Assembly: GCA_963677435.1 (NCBI GenBank)
Contig: OY781945.1
Location: 1,920,001 to 1,984,000 of the forward strand
Length of the DNA stretch: 64,000 nt
Reading direction: 5' to 3'
Source of the DNA: an uncultured Aliarcobacter sp.
Lineage (GTDB): Bacteria; Campylobacterota; Campylobacteria; Campylobacterales; Arcobacteraceae
How positions within the stretch are numbered: position 1 is the first letter of the stretch; every line of letters begins with the position of its first letter. The position numbers and the translations under genes are program-made. Shown here piece by piece: positions 41,544 to 51,081 of this stretch. The notes beneath the pieces were generated by a model that was given only the letters and a program-made list of their open reading frames with translations, made no database searches and was not told the DNA's origin.

Positions 41544-41912
41544 TCAAATCTTGCTATTTTTGCCTAAAATAAAAAGTATAATTTTTCGCAAAATGAAAAG
41601 AAGTTTATAAAGTAGATTTGAAATGAAATTATCATACTTAAACAAAAAATGAAGTTTTCCCAAAAGAGTAGTTTTATCAACCGCACTATTTAAAAACTCT
41701 AAAGCTTTTGCACCTTGAAAACAGTCGTTTTTATAGAGAACAATAAAACCATTATTTATATCAAGATTTTTACACAAAATAGATATTTCATCAAGATTTT
41801 CTCTTGCGTTTTTTAGGATAATTTCAAAGTTTTTTTTTAATTTTACAAGATTTGCGTATTTTGAACAAAAAGGACACTGTTTATCATAATATAAAATTAT
41901 TTTATTTTTCAA
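41544..41912 (-). CDS. DCC1-like/DUF393 thiol-disulfide oxidoreductase family protein
   Basis: N-terminal YDKQCPFC (DxxCxxC). Confidence 0.75.
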   Translation of the reverse strand: MKNKIILYYDKQCPFCSKYANLVKLKKNFEIILKNARENLDEISILCKNLDINNGFIVLYKNDCFQGAKALEFLNSAVDKTTLLGKLHFLFKYDNFISNLLYKLLFILRKIILFILGKNSKI

Positions 41913-42097
41913 GTTACTTCACTCTTTTCTTATTTAATAAGCTGTTATTATAATATTGGTTCAGAAATATTGACAAACAGGTCTATTAGAATATTGTATA
42001 AATTATTATTAATATTAGTAATTCAAATATTCTTTACTACTTTTAAGATTACTACAGATATTATTCTACTGAAAAATATATTAATACAGGAGAAAAT

Positions 42098-43966
42098 ATG
42101 TTCCAGAATATGACTATTTCTAAAAAACTATATTCAGGTTTTTTAATTATGATAGCAATAATCATCATTATCACATCAATTGGAATTATGAAAGTTAATT
42201 ATATAGATGCAACTTTACAAGATATTGTAGAAGTTAACTCTGTAAAACAAAGATATGCAATTAATTTTAGAGGAAGCGTTCACGACAGAGCCATTGCAAT
42301 TAGAGATTTAGTATTGTCAACAAATAAAGATGATGATTTATTTAAAAAATCATATGAAAATATAAAAAAATTAGAAGATTATTACGCTAAATCAGCAGAA
42401 CCTTTAAAAAAGATTTTCCAAGAGGGTTTGAATGTAGATGATAAAGAGAAAGAAATTTTATCAAGAATCAATAACACAGAAGCAAAAACGCTTCCAATGA
42501 TAACAAAAATTATTGAATTAAAAAGTAATAACCAAGAGGAAGAAGCTAAAACTTTATTAATTACTCAAGCTAAAGAAAGTTTGCGAACTTGGTTAAATGA
42601 AATAAATGAATTTATAGATTATGAAGAAAATAAAAATCAAATTGCAACTCCAAAAGCTAGAGAAGTTGCAAGTACTTTTTCATATTTTATGATTTCAGTT
42701 TTAATCGTATCTTTAATTATTGGAATTTTAATAGCCTTCTTAATATCGAATCAAATTGTATCATCTGTTACAAAAGTTCAAATTGGATTACAAAATTTCT
42801 TTGATTTTTTAAATAAAAAAACTAAAAACTCAGCAATGATTGATTTAAATAACAAAGATGAATTTGGAGAAATGGCACAAACAATTAATTCAAATATCCA
42901 TACAATCGAACTTTCTATAAAACAAGATGAAGAGTTTGTAAATGATATTTCGAGATTTGCAAAGCAGATAGGTTCAGGTAATCTTATTGCAAAAATAAAT
43001 AAAGATACGCAAACAAAATCTTTACTTGAATTAAAAGAGATTTTAACAAATATGCAAAATGAGTTGGAACAATCTATTGCTAAAAATATTCCTACACTTT
43101 TAAGTGTTTTAGAAAGTTTTAAAAATCATGATTTTACAGCAAAATTTCCAGATGCACACTCAAAAGTTGCAATAGAAATAAATGAGTTAGGAAATGTAAT
43201 TTCTTCATTATTAAGCCAATCATTAAGTGTAGGAAAAACCCTAGAAAGCTCATCTGCATCTTTGATAGAAAATGTAAATGAATTAAATCTTAGTGCAAAT
43301 GAAGCAGCAGCTTCACTAGAAGAAACAGCAGCAGCACTTGAACAAATAACAGGAACAGTAAAAAGCAACTCTAATAATGTAGCTAAAATGTCTGGTTTTG
43401 CAAATGAAGTTAATAGCTCGGCAAAAGAAGGTCAAGAATTAGCAAAAAGTACAAGTATTGCAATGACTGAAATTTCACAACAAGTAAATACAATAAATGA
43501 TGCCATAAGTATTATTGATCAAATTGCATTCCAAACAAATATTCTATCTTTAAATGCAGCCGTTGAAGCAGCAACAGCAGGAGAAGCAGGAAAAGGATTT
43601 GCTGTAGTTGCAGCAGAAGTAAGAAACTTAGCAAATAGAAGTGCAGAAGCAGCAAGAGAGATAAAAAATATAGTAGAACAAGCAACTTCAAAAGCAACAT
43701 ACGGAAAAACAATAAGTGATAAAATGAGTAAAGGTTATGAAGAGTTAATAATAAATATTGACAAAACAACTGATATTATTCAAGATATTGCAAAAGCTTC
43801 AAAAGAGCAAGAAATAGGTATTTATCAAATAAATGATGCAATTAATTTATTGGATAAACAAACACAAAAAAATGCAAATATAGCATCACAAACAAGAGAT
43901 ATTGCAGTTAAAAATGACTCTATTGCAAAAGAGATGGTTTCTGATTTAAGTAATAAGAAATTTTAA
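42098..43966 (+). CDS. Methyl-accepting chemotaxis protein (4HB sensor)
   Basis: Two TMs, [30 protein letters not shown] hairpin. Confidence 0.95.
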   Translation: MFQNMTISKKLYSGFLIMIAIIIIITSIGIMKVNYIDATLQDIVEVNSVKQRYAINFRGSVHDRAIAIRDLVLSTNKDDDLFKKSYENIKKLEDYYAKSAEPLKKIFQEGLNVDDKEKEILSRINNTEAKTLPMITKIIELKSNNQEEEAKTLLITQAKESLRTWLNEINEFIDYEENKNQIATPKAREVASTFSYFMISVLIVSLIIGILIAFLISNQIVSSVTKVQIGLQNFFDFLNKKTKNSAMIDLNNKDEFGEMAQTINSNIHTIELSIKQDEEFVNDISRFAKQIGSGNLIAKINKDTQTKSLLELKEILTNMQNELEQSIAKNIPTLLSVLESFKNHDFTAKFPDAHSKVAIEINELGNVISSLLSQSLSVGKTLESSSASLIENVNELNLSANEAAASLEETAAALEQITGTVKSNSNNVAKMSGFANEVNSSAKEGQELAKSTSIAMTEISQQVNTINDAISIIDQIAFQTNILSLNAAVEAATAGEAGKGFAVVAAEVRNLANRSAEAAREIKNIVEQATSKATYGKTISDKMSKGYEELIINIDKTTDIIQDIAKASKEQEIGIYQINDAINLLDKQTQKNANIASQTRDIAVKNDSIAKEMVSDLSNKKF

Positions 43967-44013
43967 GAAATTTAGATTTGCCTTATTTACCACCCAAGAT
44001 TAAACTTAAGAGT

Positions 44014-45831
44014 TTAATCTTGGGTTTTTTTATTATTTATTTTTTCAGGCACAAATAATATAAGTTTTTTCAACTCTTTTTTCAGTTCTGCTTCACTAAA
44101 AGGATAAAGAAATATATGCTCACTTTTTGTTATAACTGCAATAACTAAAGAGTCTTTTGGATTTTTTGTTATGGCATCTTCATAGGTGAACTCTTTGGAT
44201 AACAATGTTGTTTGGAATTTCCAACCACTATTAAAATAAGTCATAAAATCATTATAAAATAGTTCTGAGTCAAAAAGAGGATTTCCCCTTACTTCTTCAC
44301 TTGGTAATTTATTTTTCTTTTCATCTACTTGTTCCCACCCTATTTCATAAACATTAGAATGTCCAAGTTCTGGGGCAAAGTGTGAGCATACTAAAGTGTT
44401 GTAGGATTTATTGTCTGTTAAGGCAAGTAGTTTGGTAATGTGCGAGAGTTCTAGAACTTCTTCAGTTCTTTTGGCTAAAATTTCTCCGTAATAAGTAGGA
44501 ATATTTTGCATTCTTGCAGGTTTTAGGTTTTCCCATTTTTTATCAATTAACAATACAGGGATTTTATTTTTTTGTAATTCACTAGCTAGTGCAATACTCC
44601 AAACCGATGCACCAATTAACATCAATCCATCAGGATGACTCGATGCTAAATCTAGTTTTTTTGCCAGCCAGCCAATACTTAAGCCATGTAAAACTACAGT
44701 TAGAATAATAAGTGCAAAAACTAAAGGCAATAATAACTCAGCACCAACATATCCCTTTTCTATAAGTTGAGGACTAAACAAACCAGCAATGGCGGCTGCT
44801 ACTATGCCTCTTGGAGCAATCCAAGCAATCAAAAGTCGCTCACGAGGGTTAATATCTGTTTTGATTGTTGATAAATAGATACTTATTGGTCTAAATACGA
44901 AGATAATTAAAAATAAAAGTAACCAACTTTGCCAACCTAATCGTTGTAATATTTCAGGTTCAATTTCAGCTGTTAAAATTATAAATATAAAAGAAACAAG
45001 AAGAATTGTCACATACTCTTTGAATCGTCTTAATTCACCCAATGAATCTAATCGTTGATTAGCAAGAGTAATTCCCAAAATAGTTACTGCCATAAGTCCG
45101 GCTTCACTTTGCGCAAGATTTGCCAAAGTGTATACAAGAAAAACAGTGATTAAAATCAAAGGTGATTTTAAATGTTCAGGAACTTTTCCTTTTTTAAAAG
45201 CTTGTGCAATAAAAAACCCAAAACCCACACCAAGTATCAAAGATACAACAAGACTTAATCCCAATCCTATAGCTATGTTAATTAGCAAAGTTTCACTTTG
45301 AGATAACATATAATAACCATAAATTAGCACTACAAGTAAAGCACCTATTGGGTCATTTATAATTCCTTCCCATTTTAATAGTGCTGATGGGCCTTTGTTT
45401 AAATTTGCTTGCTTTAAAAGTGGCGTTATTACTGTAGGTCCTGTTACTATTATAATAGCTGCAAAGATTAATGCAACAGGCATAGATAAGCCTACTAAAT
45501 AATATGCTCCCATTGCTCCAAAGAAAAAGGTGATTAAAACATTCCAAGTTATTAATCTATTTATGACTTGTGAATTTTGTTTAAATTCATGCCATTTTAG
45601 ATTTAAACCACCTTCAAATAAAATTATTGCAACACCTAGGGAAACTATTGGATTTAGCAACTCTGCAAAATCTTCTTTTGGGTTAATCCAGCCAGTTATT
45701 GGTCCCATAATAAACCCTGCAATTATCAAAAGTATTAATGCAGGTATTTTGAAACGCCACCCTATCCATTGCAAAGCAATACCAACGATAAGTATTGAAG
45801 CCATGATTTGCGTGAGGTGTTGATGTAACAT
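44014..45831 (-). CDS. Cation:proton antiporter (CPA1) with C-terminal TrkA-N-like domain
   Basis: ILFEGG, VTGPTV, EGIINDPIG, PRGIVAAA. Confidence 0.88.
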   Translation of the reverse strand: MLHQHLTQIMASILIVGIALQWIGWRFKIPALILLIIAGFIMGPITGWINPKEDFAELLNPIVSLGVAIILFEGGLNLKWHEFKQNSQVINRLITWNVLITFFFGAMGAYYLVGLSMPVALIFAAIIIVTGPTVITPLLKQANLNKGPSALLKWEGIINDPIGALLVVLIYGYYMLSQSETLLINIAIGLGLSLVVSLILGVGFGFFIAQAFKKGKVPEHLKSPLILITVFLVYTLANLAQSEAGLMAVTILGITLANQRLDSLGELRRFKEYVTILLVSFIFIILTAEIEPEILQRLGWQSWLLLFLIIFVFRPISIYLSTIKTDINPRERLLIAWIAPRGIVAAAIAGLFSPQLIEKGYVGAELLLPLVFALIILTVVLHGLSIGWLAKKLDLASSHPDGLMLIGASVWSIALASELQKNKIPVLLIDKKWENLKPARMQNIPTYYGEILAKRTEEVLELSHITKLLALTDNKSYNTLVCSHFAPELGHSNVYEIGWEQVDEKKNKLPSEEVRGNPLFDSELFYNDFMTYFNSGWKFQTTLLSKEFTYEDAITKNPKDSLVIAVITKSEHIFLYPFSEAELKKELKKLILFVPEKINNKKTQD

Positions 45832-45925
45832 TAATCTTCCTTACTCGTTTAAGTTTACTATAGCAAAAATTATCAATATTATAAAGCTATATAAAAGTTA
45901 AAGTATTGTTTTATTTGTTATAAAA

Positions 45926-46165
45926 TCATGCTTTTTTAATCATACTGAGTAAATACAAGAAAAGAACAGCACCTATAGTTGCCATAATAATTGCCCCTAA
46001 TAATCCGCCTGTTGTTATACCTAATAATCCAAATACAAAACCACCAACAACAGCTCCAAAAATTCCCACGATAATATCACCAATAAGACCAAATCCTCGT
46101 CCTTTCATTATATTACCCGCAAGCCAACCAGCCAACGCACCAACTGCTAAAAATATTATCAACAT
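45926..46165 (-). CDS. GlsB/YeaQ/YmgE family stress membrane protein
   Basis: GALAGWLA..GDIIVGIFGAVVGG; ATG at 46165 with GGAG RBS (the ORF-track start at 46294 is probably too long). Confidence 0.85.
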   Translation of the reverse strand: MLIIFLAVGALAGWLAGNIMKGRGFGLIGDIIVGIFGAVVGGFVFGLLGITTGGLLGAIIMATIGAVLFLYLLSMIKKA

Positions 46166-46466
46166 AATGTCTCCAATTTTTTTATTTTTTATGTTAAAGA
46201 TAGATGCTAACAGTAAAACTGCCCGCACAAAAATATAATAAGTCACAACTTTGTTTGTCTGCGCACATTTGAAAGAGCTGAAATGCAGAAGCATTACAGT
46301 AAGTTCACTATACAGTAATATTTATTTTTTAAGATAGGTAAATCAAGTTTTTAAGATTAAATTATATTTTATTAAAACCTTTGATTATTTGAGAAATTCA
46401 TTGAAAAATTTAGCTGAATTGTTATTTTAATAATATAATACTAGCTATGAATAATAAGGAGAATAT

Positions 46467-47069
46467 GTGGATTATCAAAAATTTAGTGAAATTTCACCTT
46501 GTGATTATGCAGGGACTTTAAAAAGAGAAAGTTTTATGGATGAGGGAATGAAAGAGCTATGGCCTAATATTCCTAGAATCTCAGGCCCTGCATTTACAGT
46601 AAATATGATTGCAGGTGAAAATCTAGCACTTCATAGAGCTATTTATGAAGCACCAGCAGGCTCAATAATCGTAGCACAATCAAACACGATGGATTATGCA
46701 GTAATTGGTGGAAATGTAGCAATGATAGCTTATAAAAGAGGCATTATTGGTTTTGTAATCGATGGAGTCGTGCGTGATATTGCAGAAATTAGAGAAAATA
46801 AAATTCCAGTGTTTGGACGTGGTGTTTTAGCAATGCCAGGAACTAAAAAACAAGCCGTTCCTATAAACACACCAATCACAGCAGGTGGAATAAGTGTAAA
46901 TCCTGGTGATATAATAGTAGCAGATGAAGAAGGAATCGCTGTTATTCCAAAAGATAGAGCCGAAGAAATATATCAAGAGTGTAAAGAAAAAGTGAAAAAA
47001 GAAGCTAGTATTAGTTTTGAAGAGTGGGCAGATAGACACAAGAAAAATATAGACTCTTTTTATGAGTGA
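46467..47069 (+). CDS. RraA/HMG aldolase family protein
   Basis: GPAFTV, IDGVVRD, VNPGDIIVADEEG. Confidence 0.88.
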   Translation: MDYQKFSEISPCDYAGTLKRESFMDEGMKELWPNIPRISGPAFTVNMIAGENLALHRAIYEAPAGSIIVAQSNTMDYAVIGGNVAMIAYKRGIIGFVIDGVVRDIAEIRENKIPVFGRGVLAMPGTKKQAVPINTPITAGGISVNPGDIIVADEEGIAVIPKDRAEEIYQECKEKVKKEASISFEEWADRHKKNIDSFYE

Positions 47070-47146
47070 TTTTTTATTAAGTTAGAAAGTTGAGATTGGA
47101 AGTTTTATTGTGAATGAAACTTCTTTTTCTCTAGGATTTTGAACAG

Positions 47147-47356
47147 TTAAAAATTTAATTTTTTAGCTTTTTCGATATTTTTAAGAGCTTCTAATAATTC
47201 ATCTTTATCTCCATCTTTTAATACTTGGGATAAATATTCATTTCTTATTTCTTTATTGTCTAAGTATTCAGAAATATTGAAATCTTTTAACTCATTTATT
47301 TTGAGATTTTTTTCTAATGATTTTATCTTTTGTATTTGTTTTTGTAAATCATCCAT
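47147..47356 (-). CDS. Short addiction-module antidote-like protein (HI1420-like N-terminal part, no HTH)
   Basis: DFNISEYLDNKE..NEYLSQVLKDGD..ELLEAL..I.KA resembles the antidote N-terminus. Confidence 0.55.
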   Translation of the reverse strand: MDDLQKQIQKIKSLEKNLKINELKDFNISEYLDNKEIRNEYLSQVLKDGDKDELLEALKNIEKAKKLNF

Positions 47357-47396
47357 TTTTCACTTCTAATTTTTATATGTAAAAATATTTTGTTTA

Positions 47397-47471
47397 TTGA
47401 CTAAATAAATATACTTGATATAATTATAATCTTAATTCCTTCGGGACGACTCATCTTTTTAGATGAGGTTT
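47397..47471 (+). ncRNA. Candidate small RNA unit 1 (promoter plus two hairpins)
   Basis: TTGACT-N16-TATAAT with TG extension; then TCC-TTCG-GGA and CTCATCT-TTTT-AGATGAG hairpins. Confidence 0.4.
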
Positions 47472-47477
47472 AAATAA

Positions 47478-47570
47478 TTGACAAGAATATAAAGTTTTTA
47501 TATAATTCTATTAGGACACCCAGTAAGCCTTAAACCTTTGAGTTTAAGCTTGGGTTTTTTTATGCCTAAT
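47478..47570 (+). ncRNA. Candidate small RNA unit 2 (consensus promoter plus hairpin and U-tract)
   Basis: Perfect TTGACA-N17-TATAAT; CTTAAAC/GTTTAAG stem extended by AAG/CTT and ACCC/GGGT; T7 tract; no ORF follows. Confidence 0.5.
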
Positions 47571-47594
47571 TTTTTATAAAATTTACTTTCAATC

Positions 47595-47626
47595 AAATCG
47601 TTTTCTCGATGTCAGCAAAACGATTT
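47595..47626 (-). terminator. Inverted repeat 14 nt after the RT stop
   Basis: AAATCGTTTT / AAAACGATTT. Confidence 0.5.
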
Positions 47627-47640
47627 ATATTTTCATATAT

Positions 47641-49281
47641 TTAAATTTCTTCTTTTTTATTTTTTTTTGAAAAAAAACCATTAATAAAACTTAAAAAAAT
47701 ATCATTGTCTTGTGCTAAAATATTTTTAAAAAAAGGTCTTTTCTCTCCATCACTAATATGAATATCTACTATTTTAGCAATTTGTCTCTTTTCCCATAAG
47801 TCTGCGCGTACATAATAATCTCTTATTTCTAAAACTTCTCCTCGACTAATTAGTTTTTCTAATTCTTCAAGAACAGCTCTCCCTATATAATTTCCTGCAT
47901 TTCTTTTTAATTGACGAAAATAATCAAAAAGTATTTTTTTATTTTTACATTTACCAACACTAAAAAATCTTACTAAAAATACTAAAATATATTCTGAATA
48001 CATACTTGTTTCAAGCCATTTTTGTAACTCATTTTCAATTTCTTCAATTTGTTCCTCTGTCAGTAAATATTCATACTTAATAATAACATCTAGAGTATAT
48101 GGTAAAAATTGTGGGAAATTTTTAAGTATAGTAATTATTTTCACAAGATATACTGATTTTTCCTGCGCTATTGCAGTCTTAATTAGTTCAACAAAAGCTT
48201 TTGGTTCCATCAATGTAGAAATCTCAATTTCATTATATAATTCTTCAATCTTATTTTCAAGTAATTTTTTAGTTTCTTTTTCCGTCAATTTCCGGAATTT
48301 TGTTGGAATTAATCCAGAATAACCACGTATTATTTTTGGAATATTAAATTTATTTCTTAACAATCCTTCATCAATATTCAAAGTATTTAGAATTTCTTCA
48401 TTTATTTCTATTTTTTGGACTAAATTTTCCTCCCGATTTCCTTTATCTTTTGATACATCTTTTATTTCAGTTTTACTAGTATTTAAAAAAAGACCTTCTT
48501 TATTAAGTTTATCAACTAATATAGACAAAGAATAGTGTGCAGTTGCTGCATCTTTTGCAAAGATTCTATAATCATCTACAAATCTACAAAAGTCAATTTT
48601 TTTAGAAATTAAATAATTATCAACTTCAATTAAACTTGCTTCAGCAAGTATTCTACTAGCATTTGAACCTACAGGTAGCCCATATGAATCTCTATTAGAC
48701 CAAAACAATAGAAGCTCATTAATTTGTTGAATTATTTTTTTATCGATTTTATCATTAGAAGATAATATACATTCAAGTCTATGAAGATTTAACCGATCAT
48801 AAAAATTTCCAATATCACAAGAAACAACAACATTTATATTTTTTTGTTTTGATTTTTTAGAAACGTGTTCTCGAAAGGAAGTAAAGTTATAATCAGGATC
48901 AAATAAATATCCTTTTTGAGGTTTTAGACGATATGAAAATATATGATTCTTACTTTTTGAAATTCTCATAACTTCAATTTTATCTGATATTTGAAGAACT
49001 AAAGAAAGATATTTCAACTCATCTAAGGGTTGAATCAAAGCACACTTTCTAAAATCGAACAATTCTTTTTTAGGAACTAATATATAACTAATAGGTGTTA
49101 TTCCCATTAATTTAATATTATTTTCTTTAAGTGAAGTTTTTATTACTTCAATCACTTTATTTTTGACCTTGTCATTTTTTAGCATATCTATTTCAAATGG
49201 TTTTGAAAAAACGTCAACATCAGTAAGGCCTTCTTTTAGCACATTATCTATAGAAAGTAAAATTGCATCATGTATTTTCAT
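47641..49281 (-). CDS. Reverse transcriptase (UG/Abi/DRT-like, non-retron, non-intron) with helical C-terminal extension
   Basis: VPKK..FR, CDIGNFYD, GLPVGSNASRILAE, RFVDDYRIF, GLFLNTSKT. Confidence 0.9.
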   Translation of the reverse strand: MKIHDAILLSIDNVLKEGLTDVDVFSKPFEIDMLKNDKVKNKVIEVIKTSLKENNIKLMGITPISYILVPKKELFDFRKCALIQPLDELKYLSLVLQISDKIEVMRISKSKNHIFSYRLKPQKGYLFDPDYNFTSFREHVSKKSKQKNINVVVSCDIGNFYDRLNLHRLECILSSNDKIDKKIIQQINELLLFWSNRDSYGLPVGSNASRILAEASLIEVDNYLISKKIDFCRFVDDYRIFAKDAATAHYSLSILVDKLNKEGLFLNTSKTEIKDVSKDKGNREENLVQKIEINEEILNTLNIDEGLLRNKFNIPKIIRGYSGLIPTKFRKLTEKETKKLLENKIEELYNEIEISTLMEPKAFVELIKTAIAQEKSVYLVKIITILKNFPQFLPYTLDVIIKYEYLLTEEQIEEIENELQKWLETSMYSEYILVFLVRFFSVGKCKNKKILFDYFRQLKRNAGNYIGRAVLEELEKLISRGEVLEIRDYYVRADLWEKRQIAKIVDIHISDGEKRPFFKNILAQDNDIFLSFINGFFSKKNKKEEI

Positions 49282-49289
49282 AAAAATTC

Positions 49290-51053
49290 CTAATGATTTA
49301 TAATTTCAGTAATATATTTGATAATTGGAACTTTTTGAATATCCATATCATCTAAATTAGGTTGTAATACATCTCTCCAATACTTATTTGCATTCAATGG
49401 TTTTCCATCAGAACTTAAATACTCAGATATTTTATAATGAAACTTTTCTGGAATAGAACTATCAATATGTGCAGGTTCAAAAGTTGTCTTATGTACTCGT
49501 AACAGACCTGTAGAATAATCAGAAATTGTGTAATCATTTTTTAACTGTTCATATATCCCTTTTTGAATGTGTGTTATAAAAATTGGATTGCCATTTGAAT
49601 CAATACTTTGTTGATTACTTTTATCAGTATCACAAATTACATGATATTTAATATGAAACTTAGAAAACATTTTTTGATAAAAGGGAATATTATTAACTGT
49701 ACCACAGTTTACAACAAATAAATCTTTTGATGGATTTTTTTCAGAAAGATATCCTCTTAAAATAATTTCCTCTGTTGAACCTTCAATTAAAATAACTTCA
49801 TCAGCATAAAATGATTCACATATAAAAGGATTAAATCTAAGTACTTCATACATTTCTTGTTTTAGTTCTTCTTTTGTTACAATCCCTTTAGCATTTTTTA
49901 AATATTCTTCATTCACTTGAAATAATTGAGTTGAATCATCATTATTTTTAATTATTCTAATTAGTGATGATTTAGGTTTAGAAATATCAATCATTTGTGG
50001 TGAATGAGAAGCACACAATACCTGATATGGTAAATCATCCTCACTCACTTTATAAATTAATGTACGGAGTTCACGCATAAGTTTGGGATGCAAAAACAAC
50101 TCTGGTTCTTCAAATAATACAAGATAATCTTTTCGATTTTTTTCTCTTTTAAACTCTTCTGCAACGTCTTGCATAAGTAGCAATGTAAACATTGCAGTCC
50201 TAACCGCACCATGTCCAATTTTTTCATAGCCAGTAGGTATGTTTTCATCTATTTCACCTCCATCTCTAATTTTCTCAAAATGTATATTAAATTTTTTTCC
50301 AAGTTTATCTTCTGTCCATTTTACTTTGTCTTGCTCACTAAGTTCAATTTTAAAATTAGGAAAAACCTTTTGAAAATGTTCGTTAACATCTTTTTTATAA
50401 GAAGAAATAGAGCTAGGGTTATACATTTTGTTTTGTAATTCTTTTATCTTTCCCTTTGCATCTTCAAGCTCAGCAATTTCTTTTGAGGTCAAAAACCTTT
50501 TTGCTTTTTCTGAAAGAATATTATTAATAATTTCTTCAATCTCTTTCTCAGATGGCATTGCTTTGATAAAAATTGGTGTAGGCAAACATGATTGAAATAT
50601 GCTATCAAGTCCAATACTTCCATAGTTTGTCTCATCCCAATCATCTTCTTCTGGTTGTTCCCAATTTAGTGATGATGGCTTTAAAGTAAAATTTTTCACT
50701 TCCTTTTTTAAATAAACTTTTTTAACTTTTAATATTTTTTCATTTTTTAGCCAAACTTTGAGAGAATCTTTTTTTTTGGGAGCAACTTCTGCTATTTTTT
50801 TAAAATCAAATTCATCAAGTTCTACTTCTAATTCAAATTCCATTTTTTTATTAATATCTTTTTTAAAAAAATCATCTTCCTTAGCAGTATCACTTTTATA
50901 AAAAAACTCATATGCTTTTAAAAAAGTAGATTTCCCAACATTATTTTGTCCAAATAAAAATATTGTGTTTGATTCTTTAAAATCAACTCTATTATTTTCT
51001 AAACCACCAGATAATGCTCTAAAATTATTTACTGCAAATGATAATATTTTCAT
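49290..51053 (-). CDS. OLD-family ATP-dependent nuclease (ABC ATPase plus Toprim; GajA-like)
   Basis: Walker A GQNNVGKST, GHG signature, LFEEPELFLHP, ASHS, Toprim LIEGSTEE and CDTD. Confidence 0.88.
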   Translation of the reverse strand: MKILSFAVNNFRALSGGLENNRVDFKESNTIFLFGQNNVGKSTFLKAYEFFYKSDTAKEDDFFKKDINKKMEFELEVELDEFDFKKIAEVAPKKKDSLKVWLKNEKILKVKKVYLKKEVKNFTLKPSSLNWEQPEEDDWDETNYGSIGLDSIFQSCLPTPIFIKAMPSEKEIEEIINNILSEKAKRFLTSKEIAELEDAKGKIKELQNKMYNPSSISSYKKDVNEHFQKVFPNFKIELSEQDKVKWTEDKLGKKFNIHFEKIRDGGEIDENIPTGYEKIGHGAVRTAMFTLLLMQDVAEEFKREKNRKDYLVLFEEPELFLHPKLMRELRTLIYKVSEDDLPYQVLCASHSPQMIDISKPKSSLIRIIKNNDDSTQLFQVNEEYLKNAKGIVTKEELKQEMYEVLRFNPFICESFYADEVILIEGSTEEIILRGYLSEKNPSKDLFVVNCGTVNNIPFYQKMFSKFHIKYHVICDTDKSNQQSIDSNGNPIFITHIQKGIYEQLKNDYTISDYSTGLLRVHKTTFEPAHIDSSIPEKFHYKISEYLSSDGKPLNANKYWRDVLQPNLDDMDIQKVPIIKYITEIINH

Positions 51054-51081
51054 TTATTTCCTTTTATTTAATTTTAATTCT

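Noticed and set aside
46166..46294. N-terminal extension of the GlsB/YeaQ ORF
   Set aside because: A better ATG with a GGAG RBS lies at 46165, giving a family-typical ~80 aa protein
47641..49281. Group II intron or diversity-generating retroelement
   Set aside because: No maturase domain, intron RNA flanks, Avd gene or TR/VR repeat pair was visible
49290..51053. Gabija system
   Set aside because: GajA-like architecture, but no UvrD/GajB helicase nearby
47357..51081. Classical retron (msr-msd + RT + ATPase-Toprim effector)
   Set aside because: The RT lacks NAxxH/VTG motifs. The gaps upstream of the RT (8 nt) and of the OLD gene (28 nt) cannot hold an msr-msd, and no long a1/a2 inverted repeat was seen.
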